Positions 10,294 to 21,129 of a stretch of 32,560 nt of DNA are shown piece by piece. The stretch lies in sequence record DRR723986_1369, one strand, 5' to 3'. A program made the position numbers and the translations under genes. Numbering within the stretch: position 1 is the first letter of the stretch; each line of letters starts with the position of its first letter. A model generated the notes under the pieces. It worked only from the letters and a program-made list of their open reading frames with translations. It was not told where the DNA came from and searched no databases.

Positions 10294-11253
10294 TTATTGA
10301 AGCGACACAGCGCTGGGGTCGACTGTTTTCAAAAATGCCGGGTATAAAAAACTGGTGTAATTGGGTTGAGGCAGATTGCTTGGCACATGCCCCACCCGCA
10401 GGGCCCAGCGCCCCTGCCCCTCCATTGTGCGCGGTAAAGAACGGTTCAAACTCAAGCGAAAACGGTAGTCATCAAATATTTTGTCAATCAGCGTCACCGG
10501 TACTCTCAAACGCTTGGCAGCCAAGGCCTTCACCTTCTCGGGATGAGTCTGGATAAACTGGGTGCTGTCCTTCAAGGCCTGCACAATCCGTTCAAGTTCT
10601 TGCGGCCTGGCTTTGATTGCGCTTTGCATGGCAATCAAATTGAATGTTTCTGTGTACAACTTGGGAATGGGCACCAGTTGCACATCAGTCCCCAGCTCCA
10701 ACTCAATGCGAGACACAAATGGCTCCCAAATGCACAGTGCATCCACCTCCTTGTTGGCCAAAGCGGTCAGTGCCGTCTCAGGGGTAATCGCTTTGAGTTT
10801 CACCGTGTCTGGGTCAATACCGTTGTAAACCAGTACCAAATCCAGCACATATTGGCTTGCACCACCTTTGACATAGCCCAGGGTTTTGTCACGCAGCTTG
10901 CCAGGCTCCGTAATTTTGGCATCAGTGCGCGCCACCACCTTCAAATCGTTCGCAACACTGACAAAGCTGGTCAAAATTGCGAAATCACTTCGGGAAAAAC
11001 TGTTGAACACCACAGGCAGCTCGGTGGCTGTCGACATGTCGGTTTGACCGTCAAGCATGTTTTTTACACAGCGATTACCGCCAATGCAATTCACAAACTC
11101 AACATTCACACCACGTTTCTGAAAAAACCCCTCCGCCTCGGCGACGTACAAAGGCAAAGACAACAGGGTTTCAGAAACCCCGATGCGCAAGGGCGCCGCA
11201 TGCGCGGCAAGTGATAGCAACCATAAACTGAGAAAAAGTGCGGCTCGAACCAT
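10294..11253 (-). CDS. Periplasmic substrate-binding protein, NrtA/SsuA/NMT1-THI5 family
   Basis: Signal peptide ending AAHA; LPLYVAEAEGFF, VDALCIWEPF motifs. Confidence 0.85.
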   Translation of the reverse strand: MVRAALFLSLWLLSLAAHAAPLRIGVSETLLSLPLYVAEAEGFFQKRGVNVEFVNCIGGNRCVKNMLDGQTDMSTATELPVVFNSFSRSDFAILTSFVSVANDLKVVARTDAKITEPGKLRDKTLGYVKGGASQYVLDLVLVYNGIDPDTVKLKAITPETALTALANKEVDALCIWEPFVSRIELELGTDVQLVPIPKLYTETFNLIAMQSAIKARPQELERIVQALKDSTQFIQTHPEKVKALAAKRLRVPVTLIDKIFDDYRFRLSLNRSLPRTMEGQGRWALRVGHVPSNLPQPNYTSFLYPAFLKTVDPSAVSLQ

Positions 11254-11396
11254 TCAAACTCTCGATGAGCAAAGGACCCCTCAAAAGTGTAGGGGTTTTG
11301 TTACATCAGAAAATTACCAAGAAGAAACACAAAAAGCCATCTCTTCCCGACATTGAATGATCAAACACTCAAGGAGTGTCGCAAGCCGTGAACACA

Positions 11397-11421
11397 GGGG
11401 TGGCCAGGGCTGGCACACCCC
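11397..11421 (-). terminator. GC-rich hairpin downstream of the beta-barrel gene (possible terminator, weak U-tail)
   Basis: GGGGTGGCCAG-GG-CTGGCACACCCC inverted repeat 15 nt after the stop codon. Confidence 0.4.
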
Positions 11422-11435
11422 GGATTAACTTGAGA

Positions 11436-11951
11436 TCAGAATGCAAATGTGGCAGTCAAATTCAGGCCATCGGCTTCGATGTTGTCTTTGTCGTAAAGCA
11501 TTTCATAGCCAGCACGAATATTCACGTTGCCTGCGGTGTACATCACACCACCGCCATAGCTGAGTGCACCATCGTCGTCGCTGGTATTAAAGCCGGGACC
11601 ACTGATGTTGGCATCCAGAAAACCATAGCCCAACGTGCCATACAGCGAAAACTGGTTGTTCAAAGGCAACTTGCCCAAGAGGTTGGCACCGATATAGGAA
11701 TCGACCTCGGCTCGGAATGCGCCCGAGTTTTCTTCGTCCACACCCGTCAACAGGCGACCCTCTACGGCCAGGTTGGGGCTGAGTTCGTAGCCACCGACCA
11801 CACCCAGCGTGTCGACATCCAGCTCGACTCCACCGATACGGCTGTCGGTAATTCCCAGGCTGTTGTAGGCGGCGCCCAGGTAGGGGCCTTCAGCGAAAGC
11901 GGGGCTTGCTGCAGCTGCAGACAAAACGGCAATAGAAATTAGTTTTTTCAT
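11436..11951 (-). CDS. Small outer-membrane beta-barrel protein (OmpA-like 8-stranded porin family)
   Basis: Signal peptide MKK...AFA; alternating beta-strand pattern (GPYLG, LAVEGR, YGTLGY, YGGGVMY); C-terminal Phe (TATFAF). Confidence 0.85.
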   Translation of the reverse strand: MKKLISIAVLSAAAASPAFAEGPYLGAAYNSLGITDSRIGGVELDVDTLGVVGGYELSPNLAVEGRLLTGVDEENSGAFRAEVDSYIGANLLGKLPLNNQFSLYGTLGYGFLDANISGPGFNTSDDDGALSYGGGVMYTAGNVNIRAGYEMLYDKDNIEADGLNLTATFAF

Positions 11952-12059
11952 GGCTGACTTCCTTCATTTGTTATGGATACTGCGCACCCCTTGGGGAGTG
12001 CACAGTTCCTAACGCAGGAAATCAGCCAATGGGTTACAAAAACCCGTGATACACAGTAA

Positions 12060-13151
12060 TCAAGCTGCCAAGGGTTCTTGATTCTTGCGCTTTAAGCTTG
12101 GCAAGCTGTACTTGAATGCACGGGCCACCACAGTTGAAAACTGCTTCACAATCGAAGCCTTGTTGTAATGCTGACCGTAACGTTTGCACACTTCCTGCAC
12201 CTCTACTGACATTTCAGCGTAGCGATGCGCAGGTACTTCGGGGAACAGGTGGTGTTCAATCTGGTGACTCAGGTTGCCAGACATGATGTGAAACAGTTTG
12301 CCACCGGTCAGGTTTGACGAACCTTTCAACTGCCGCAGATACCAATGGGCTTGCGATTCACCATCAATAATTGACTTGTCGAACACTTCAGAATCAGCCG
12401 TGAAGTGACCACAGAAAATAATCGTGAAAGTCCAGTAATTGCGAATGATGTTCGCCAAGAAGTTGCCTGCCAACACTGGCAAAAAGAATGGGCCAGCCAA
12501 CAGTGGGAAGAACACATAGTCTTTCGCAATTTGCCGACCGGCTTTCTTGAAGGTCGGAATGGCTCGGTCTTTGGTTTCCTTCAGGGTTTTTTCACCGCTG
12601 ATCACTTTTTCAAGCTCAAGCGTTTGCAAAGCCAACAGGTTTTCAAAGAAGGTGGCCAGCAGCGCCATCATCGGAATATTCAACAAAAAACGGGGCTCCC
12701 ATTTTTGCTCAGGGAACAGGCGCAGCACGCCGTAACCGATGTCGTGGTCTTCACCCAACACATTGGTGTAAGTGTGGTGGCGATAGTTGTGGCTGTAGCG
12801 CCAATTGTCGCTGGTACACCAAGTGTCCCACTCATAGGTTTGGCCCATCAGTCGCTTGTTTTGCATGAAGTCGTATTGGCCATGCATCACATTGTGGCCC
12901 AGCTCCATGTTTTCCAGAATTTTCGACACGCCCAAAGTCAAGGTACCCAGAATGAATGCTGGTGGGAAAATACCAGCCATCAACAAACCACGGCCTGCGA
13001 TTTCGGTGTAGCGCACGGCCTTTTCAATTTTGGTGATGTAGTTGGCATCGCGTTCGCCCACGTCGGCCAAATGCTTCTGGCGAATCGCTTCAATCTCGGC
13101 ACCAAACTGTTCCAGTTCAGCGGGGCTCAATTTGCGGTCGGCTTTTCTCAT
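12060..13151 (-). CDS. desB: Acyl-CoA / fatty acid desaturase (DesB/DesA3 type)
   Basis: Histidine boxes HNVMH, HNYRHH and QIEHHLFP; directly downstream of a ferredoxin reductase as in Pseudomonas desCB. Confidence 0.9.
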   Translation of the reverse strand: MRKADRKLSPAELEQFGAEIEAIRQKHLADVGERDANYITKIEKAVRYTEIAGRGLLMAGIFPPAFILGTLTLGVSKILENMELGHNVMHGQYDFMQNKRLMGQTYEWDTWCTSDNWRYSHNYRHHTYTNVLGEDHDIGYGVLRLFPEQKWEPRFLLNIPMMALLATFFENLLALQTLELEKVISGEKTLKETKDRAIPTFKKAGRQIAKDYVFFPLLAGPFFLPVLAGNFLANIIRNYWTFTIIFCGHFTADSEVFDKSIIDGESQAHWYLRQLKGSSNLTGGKLFHIMSGNLSHQIEHHLFPEVPAHRYAEMSVEVQEVCKRYGQHYNKASIVKQFSTVVARAFKYSLPSLKRKNQEPLAA

Positions 13152-13181
13152 GATTTGCTCCAGTATTTTTAGGTTTTGCTT

Positions 13182-14294
13182 TTACAGGTCCAGTGAAACC
13201 GGGCCTTGGGCGGCGTTGATACACAAACGCAGCGCCGTGTTGTTGTTGCCACACACTGATTTGTTTTGCATGTTTTGCGTAGTACCAGTCAGCTTTTCGC
13301 AAGAACAGGTGTTACAAATTCCCATGCCACAACCATGCGGTGGGTTAATGCCCTGCTCCTGCAATGCTTTCAACAGTGGCTTGTTGTTGCTCACCTCAAG
13401 AATGCGATTGCTTTTGGTCAGGGTCACAGTGAATGTTTTGACCTCGGCGTTCTCGTCAATGCTCAAGGCCATGGGGGTAAATGATTCGGCGTGGAAGCTC
13501 TTGGGCGCGTCACCCAAAATGCCGCGCAGCGCAGTCATGAAACCATCAGGGCCGCAAGCGTAAACGTCAGTGTTGTCCAAGGTGCCTGCGACGGCAGCAA
13601 ACTGCTCAGCACTGGGGCGGCCTACCAAATCACCTTCAGCCACATTCACACCACTTTCCAGCAAGCGTACATACTTGAAGTGTTCGTTGGTTTTGGCCTT
13701 CAGCAACGCATCAAACAGCACATCTTCCGGGTGGCGCGCCCAGCTCATCAGGGTGACATCGGCGGGCCAACCCTTGGCTTGCAGTTCTTCAATCAGGCTG
13801 ATCATTGGGGTAATACCGCTACCGGCCGCCAACAGCAACATGGTGGGGCGTTCGGCGTTCAGATTTGGCTGGGTGTGAGCAAGGGTCATGTCGCCAAACA
13901 CATCGCCCAGTTCCACCACAGCGCCCACTTCAAGCTGATTCACGGCATAACGTGACACCAGGCCGGTCGGGGTCTGCTTGATGGTCAAGCGCACAAGGCC
14001 AGTGGCCAACGGCGCGCTGCTGAAACTGTAAGAACGGGTGTGCACTACATCATCAATCGTCACGCTCAAGTTCACGTGTTGGCCAGCCTCGAAACCTTTG
14101 AACAAGGCATTGGGGCGCAACCACAGACTGACTGCATCGGCAGTTTCACGGTCAATACGCACCACCTCGGCCAAACAACGATCGGTTGACACTGTGCTGC
14201 CGGCTTGCTCCAGCCAGAAAGTCACGAATTCCTGGCCCAGAATTCTGGAGAGTCCGCGAACGACTTTGTTGGACAGTTGGCTATTGGTTCTCAT
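13182..14294 (-). CDS. desC: Ferredoxin-NAD(P) reductase partner of the desaturase (FAD/NAD binding plus C-terminal 2Fe-2S)
   Basis: RSYS, AAGSGITP, YACGP and GCGMGICNTC...C motifs; start moved to ATG 14294 (MRTNSQ). Confidence 0.85.
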   Translation of the reverse strand: MRTNSQLSNKVVRGLSRILGQEFVTFWLEQAGSTVSTDRCLAEVVRIDRETADAVSLWLRPNALFKGFEAGQHVNLSVTIDDVVHTRSYSFSSAPLATGLVRLTIKQTPTGLVSRYAVNQLEVGAVVELGDVFGDMTLAHTQPNLNAERPTMLLLAAGSGITPMISLIEELQAKGWPADVTLMSWARHPEDVLFDALLKAKTNEHFKYVRLLESGVNVAEGDLVGRPSAEQFAAVAGTLDNTDVYACGPDGFMTALRGILGDAPKSFHAESFTPMALSIDENAEVKTFTVTLTKSNRILEVSNNKPLLKALQEQGINPPHGCGMGICNTCSCEKLTGTTQNMQNKSVCGNNNTALRLCINAAQGPVSLDL

Positions 14295-14309
14295 GGCGTT
14301 TTCCACATT

Positions 14310-14337
14310 AGTGAACATATGTGCACAAATGTACAGA
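14310..14337. promoter_or_regulatory. Overlapping DesT/FabR-like operator palindromes just upstream of desC
   Basis: AGTGAACATATGTGCACA (14310-14327) and TGTGCACAAATGTACAGA (14320-14337) resemble 18-bp FabR/DesT boxes. Confidence 0.65.
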
Positions 14338-14393
14338 AAAACGCCCCTTTTTTGCAAGGTATTTTGCTGAAAAAACTAGAATAAAGTGTCAGA

Positions 14394-14411
14394 AGAGTAC
14401 AACTGTACACT
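14394..14411. promoter_or_regulatory. FabR/DesT-like operator palindrome
   Basis: AGAGTACA-AC-TGTACACT, close to the FabR consensus AGCGTACAnnTGTACGCT. Confidence 0.7.
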
Positions 14412-14494
14412 CATAATTACGCACAAATAATTGATTTATATGGAATTTTTTACAAACAGCTAAAAATCAAATTTAAGTGAACACTTTTAAAAAT

Positions 14495-14791
14495 TTACCC
14501 ACCCAACAGCGCTTTTTGATCGTTAATCATACGATCAGCCACAATATTGGCATCAATTTTCAAGCCACCCTCACTGAGCTGACGGCGAATCATTTCCACT
14601 TTGTCCGCATCAAATGGGGTAGTGCTGTCGACCAACATTGTACCCCTGGGCCTTGAAATCGACACCACCACACTGGCCCCATCCCGGTCCGCGGCCGTTT
14701 TCACCTCCGGCGGGCGAGAGGCGGCCAAAGCGTCCGCCTTCTTGGGATCGGGCATGGTGAAGGCTATCGGGGGTTTGTCGCCAGAAATCAT
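14495..14791 (-). CDS. flgM: FlgM-like anti-sigma28 factor (outside any flagellar operon)
   Basis: 98 aa; low-complexity N-terminus, VSIS, then FDADKVEMIRRQLSEGGLKIDANIVADRMI matching the FlgM C-terminal pattern D..KV..I...I..G...ID...IA..M. Confidence 0.7.
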   Translation of the reverse strand: MISGDKPPIAFTMPDPKKADALAASRPPEVKTAADRDGASVVVSISRPRGTMLVDSTTPFDADKVEMIRRQLSEGGLKIDANIVADRMINDQKALLGG

Positions 14792-15058
14792 GGTGATGCT
14801 TGCGCTTGATTTGTTGAGACGGGAAAACAGAAAGATACTTAGAACAATTCCCGATATAAATCAGGCATACAGGAATATGACAGCAAGACTTCGGCTGACA
14901 GCCTGTCAGAAAATAATGAAGCCATCGCCCAGCCCATGCGGGTAAAGCAGGAATTGCCACCTGAATCACCCACATCTTCTCTCGACGCACTGTCGGCTCA
15001 ACACACTAGCATGGTGAAATCAAATCGCTAAACCCCCAGCCCACCCGGAGTGCTGCTC

Positions 15059-15463
15059 ATGATTCGTCTTTTATATTGCAGCCAGGCCAAGTCCGATTTC
15101 AGTGAAGAAGTACTGAAGGAAATTCTGTTGACCTCCAGGAAAAACAACAAGGCTGCAGATATAACCGGCGTGTTGGTTCACGGTGGCGGCATGTTCATGC
15201 AAGTGCTGGAAGGGCCCGAGCAAATTGTGTTGCGCACCTACATGAAAATTCTTGACGACAAGCGGCACACTGACAGCCGAATCATTCAAATTTCTCCGAT
15301 GAAAGAGCGCATGTTCGACAACTGGACCATGGGTGTGATTGAAGCGGAACCGCTTACCTTTGAGCATGTTGCGAAACTTCGGGCACATCGCCTGGAAACA
15401 TTGCATGCAGATGCATTTACGCAAGTGATCCGAGAATTCAACGCCCTGCTGATCAAGGTTTGA
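15059..15463 (+). CDS. Stand-alone BLUF domain blue-light photoreceptor
   Basis: LLYCS (conserved Tyr), SRKNN, ITGVL, FMQVLEG (conserved Gln), DKRH, FDNWTM (Trp/Met); GGAG 8 nt before ATG 15059. Confidence 0.92.
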   Translation: MIRLLYCSQAKSDFSEEVLKEILLTSRKNNKAADITGVLVHGGGMFMQVLEGPEQIVLRTYMKILDDKRHTDSRIIQISPMKERMFDNWTMGVIEAEPLTFEHVAKLRAHRLETLHADAFTQVIREFNALLIKV

Positions 15464-15508
15464 AAACAAAAGGACTTAGGGGCTGTTCACCTCTAAGTCC
15501 TTGTTTTT
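15463..15508. terminator. Bidirectional intrinsic terminator between the BLUF gene and tRNA-Ile
   Basis: AAAACAAAAGGACTTAG...CTAAGTCCTTGTTTTT inverted repeat flanked by A- and T-rich runs. Confidence 0.8.
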
Positions 15509-15510
15509 AC

Positions 15511-15586
15511 TGGTAGGGCCGGAGGGGTTCGAACCCTCGACCAAAGGATTATGAGTCCTCTGCTCTAACCGCTGAGCTACAGCCCC
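15511..15586 (-). tRNA. ileX: tRNA-Ile2 (anticodon CAT, lysidine-modified; often auto-annotated as Met)
   Basis: 76-nt cloverleaf GGGGCTGTAGCTCAGCGGTTAGAGCAGAGGACTCATAATCCTTTGGTCGAGGGTTCGAACCCCTCCGGCCCTACCA; encoded CCA; lies just after rpoD like E. coli ileX. Confidence 0.92.
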
Positions 15587-15605
15587 ACTTTACCTTTCAA
15601 AAGCT

Positions 15606-18251
<2,646 letters not shown>

Positions 18252-18336
18252 TCATTCCCTGAACAACTCAATAACAGCCACTCAGTGCGCAAATACGCAC
18301 TACAAAAAGATGCAAAAGCTGCACCGTAACCCTTAA

Positions 18337-20217
18337 TTATAACTGATTAACTCGCTTTTGTTTTAATTCTTGGAAGCGTTGCATGCACTCGTGATACCAA
18401 CGCAGCTGCTCCCCCTGGGTGGGCATTTCAGCGCTTAGCCGCTCCAGCTCAGCCTTAAACCAAAGCTCGCTACATTGATACACGCCAGAACGCAACTCGG
18501 TTTCAAAATCGAGGGAATCATCCAAACTGCGCGCCTCTTTGAGAACCGAGTTAACCCAGTTTTGATGCACTTCGTCGTTGAAGGCATGCTGAAGCCTCGC
18601 TTCAAGCAAGTTGGGGTCATTTCTGATCTTTTCAAGCAAATGGACAAAACTGTGCACCTCTGCGGCAGGGTTTTTCTCCCGCTCGTAGAGCTCAAGCAAT
18701 GTGTTGCACAGCTCGACATGTTGGGGCGCCCGAATAACCCGCGCAGCCAGGCTCAACAATGGTGATTTTGCCGTGGGCCTTGGCCCCCAATTGTTTTGAA
18801 GCGGCTCATCCTCAAACTTTCCGAACCGCTTACCCAATTTTTTGCCAGAAAACTGACCCTGCAGACCGCTTTGCTGCCCGCCTTGAAATTGCCCCTTGTT
18901 TTTCGGCGAAAAGTAATCACCCCCACCCTCACGGCTTTTCAAACCAAGGTGGCGACTAAGCTCCATGGGTGTCGCACCCAGCAAATTCGCCAATGCACGC
19001 AACAGCGAAGACCTGTAGACAGTGGGCTGCATCTGCACAATCAAAGGCTTTAGAAATGAAATGGCTGCCGCACTGCCCTCAATTTGTTGCAAAGGGTAGT
19101 TTCGCTCCAGGTAACGTGTCAAAAACTCGGACAAAGAGGCAGCTTGCGCCACCATGGCCTCGAAGCCGTCTGGACCTTCGGTTCGAATAAATGAGTCAGG
19201 GTCATGCTCGGCGGGCAGGAAAATGAAATCCGCCCGCTTGTTTTCACTGACATGTGGCAAGCAGGCCTGCAAAGCACGCCAGGCTGCTTTCTGACCAGCA
19301 CCGTCACCATCAAAGGCAAACACCAGCCGATCGGTTTGTTTGAATAATTTCAACACGTGATCAGGCGTGACTGCTGTACCCAGCGTGGCCACCGCGTTCT
19401 CGAAACCCCATTGCGCCAGAGCCACCACATCCATGTAACCCTCGGTCACCAAGGCGTAGCCCATTTTGTGAATGGCCTGACGCGCCTCGAACAAACCGTA
19501 CACCTCATGCCCTTTTGAGAACACAGGCGTTTCAGGGCTGTTCAGGTATTTGGGTTTTTCGTCACCCAGTACACGACCACCAAACCCGATCACCTGCCCC
19601 TTGGCATTGCGAATCGGAAACATGATTCGACCTCGAAACGCGTCGTATCTGCGATTGCTGTCGCTGATCTTGGTCAACCCGGCCAAATCGAGCTGGGTAT
19701 TGCTGGCGTAATTTTCAACCACCGTCTCAAGGTTTTGATACCCATCGGGGGCATAACCCATGCCGTAGCGGGCAGCCACTTGCCCCGTCAATCCGCGGTT
19801 CTTCAGGTAATCAATCGCCACCGGGCTTTTTTTCAACTGGCCTTTGTAGTAGTTGGCGGCGCGCGTCAGCAACTCCACCAACTCTTCCCGCTCAGAACGC
19901 ACTTCAGCCGGAACATCCATGCCTTTTTCATAAGGCACCTCAAGGCCCAGATTACCAGCCAGGTTTTCAACGGCTTCGGGGAAGGTAAGGCCAAGGTGCT
20001 CCATCACAAACCCCACTGCATTGCCATGTGCACCACAACCAAAACAGTGATAGAACTGCTTGGACGGACTGACCGTGAATGATGGAGATTTCTCGTTGTG
20101 GAACGGACACAAGCCCTGCAAGTTAGCCCCGGCTGCTTTTAATTGCACATAACGTCCAACCACATCGGCAATGTCGAGGCGGTAGAGTAAGTCATCAATA
20201 AAGCTTTGAGGAATCAT
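18337..20217 (-). CDS. dnaG: DNA primase
   Basis: Zinc-binding CPFHNEKSPSF...CFGC; KYLNSPET; TOPRIM EGYMDV and FDGDGAG. Confidence 0.99.
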   Translation of the reverse strand: MIPQSFIDDLLYRLDIADVVGRYVQLKAAGANLQGLCPFHNEKSPSFTVSPSKQFYHCFGCGAHGNAVGFVMEHLGLTFPEAVENLAGNLGLEVPYEKGMDVPAEVRSEREELVELLTRAANYYKGQLKKSPVAIDYLKNRGLTGQVAARYGMGYAPDGYQNLETVVENYASNTQLDLAGLTKISDSNRRYDAFRGRIMFPIRNAKGQVIGFGGRVLGDEKPKYLNSPETPVFSKGHEVYGLFEARQAIHKMGYALVTEGYMDVVALAQWGFENAVATLGTAVTPDHVLKLFKQTDRLVFAFDGDGAGQKAAWRALQACLPHVSENKRADFIFLPAEHDPDSFIRTEGPDGFEAMVAQAASLSEFLTRYLERNYPLQQIEGSAAAISFLKPLIVQMQPTVYRSSLLRALANLLGATPMELSRHLGLKSREGGGDYFSPKNKGQFQGGQQSGLQGQFSGKKLGKRFGKFEDEPLQNNWGPRPTAKSPLLSLAARVIRAPQHVELCNTLLELYEREKNPAAEVHSFVHLLEKIRNDPNLLEARLQHAFNDEVHQNWVNSVLKEARSLDDSLDFETELRSGVYQCSELWFKAELERLSAEMPTQGEQLRWYHECMQRFQELKQKRVNQL

Positions 20218-20240
20218 GCAGTTTGGGTGAATTCACATGC

Positions 20241-20270
20241 AGAAAAATCAGAGCCGAAGGCCCGACTTCT
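20241..20270 (-). terminator. Putative intra-operon terminator/attenuator hairpin ahead of dnaG
   Basis: Minus strand AGAAGTCGGGCC-TTC-GGCTCTGATTTTT; position analogous to the rpsU-dnaG terminator of E. coli. Confidence 0.45.
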
Positions 20271-20324
20271 AGAATAACAAACCCAAAGGGGAGGAAACGA
20301 GCAGTTGGCTTGCGATGGGCCCGC

Positions 20325-20771
20325 TTATTTGGTCAAAGCGGCCTTGACCAACCCGGATACTTTGCTCATGTCAGCCTTTCCAGCCAACTTGGCTTTCACT
20401 GCGCCCATGACTTTGCCCATGTCTTGCGGACCGGTTGCGCCCACAGCCTGAACAATGGCCTGTATTTCTGCCACCACTTCAGCTTCAGACAATTGCGCGG
20501 GGAGATAAGATGCCAAAACTGCAGCTTCGGCTTTTTCAGCCTCAGCCGACTCTGGCCGACCACCCTGCTCAAACTGGATGGCGGCTTCGTTTCGTTGCTT
20601 GATTTGCTTTTCGATGATGGCAAGAATGGCCCCATCGTCGAGTTCGACGCGTTCGTCGACCTCTTTTTGTTTGATTGCCGCTGAGAGCATTCGAAGCGTT
20701 GCGAGTTTTGCTTGCTCGCGGGCCTTCATGGCCTGCTTGATGTCTTCAAGAATTTGCGCTTTCAGTGACAT
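20325..20771 (-). CDS. yqeY: GatB/YqeY domain protein
   Basis: MSLK...DIKQAMKA, AAIKQKEVD, YLPAQLS, DMGKVMG, GKADM; sits between rpsU and dnaG. Confidence 0.95.
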   Translation of the reverse strand: MSLKAQILEDIKQAMKAREQAKLATLRMLSAAIKQKEVDERVELDDGAILAIIEKQIKQRNEAAIQFEQGGRPESAEAEKAEAAVLASYLPAQLSEAEVVAEIQAIVQAVGATGPQDMGKVMGAVKAKLAGKADMSKVSGLVKAALTK

Positions 20772-20781
20772 ACCAAACGAA

Positions 20782-20994
20782 TCAATACATTTTCTTGGGC
20801 AACATCTGGCTGCGCAGGCGCTTGTAGTGACGCTTCACGGCAGCGGCTTTCAGGCGCTTACGCTCAGCAGTTGGCTTTTCATAGAACTCGCGTGAACGCA
20901 GTTCAGTCAACAGACCTGTCTTTTCAATTGTGCGCTTGAAGCGACGCAGGGCTACTTCAAATGGCTCGTTTTCTTTAACGCGAACGTTTGGCAT
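20782..20994 (-). CDS. rpsU: 30S ribosomal protein S21
   Basis: [14 protein letters not shown]...[20 protein letters not shown]. Confidence 0.99.
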   Translation of the reverse strand: MPNVRVKENEPFEVALRRFKRTIEKTGLLTELRSREFYEKPTAERKRLKAAAVKRHYKRLRSQMLPKKMY

Positions 20995-21129
20995 ATGGCT
21001 CCAATCGGGTGTTCGTAAATGTTTTTCAGCTCTTTCAAACCCTTAACCCATTGATTTTGCACACGGTTTTATGCAAAACCCAATGCGTTAGAGCAAAGAG
21101 TTACCGCCAAGAATCTGGCAAAGACCAAG

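Noticed and set aside
10294..11253. Binding protein as NasS or NrtA of the nitrate system
   Set aside because: It has a signal peptide (NasS is cytoplasmic), has no nasT or permease neighbour, and family-level similarity does not specify the ligand
14816..14842. sigma28-like promoter for the flgM-like gene (CTAAGTAT-N11-CCCGTCTC, minus strand)
   Set aside because: The -10 match to GCCGATAA is too poor to call
14495..15510. Genomic island integrated at the tRNA-Ile 3' end
   Set aside because: No integrase, no duplicated tRNA 3' end noticed, and the terminator directly follows the tRNA
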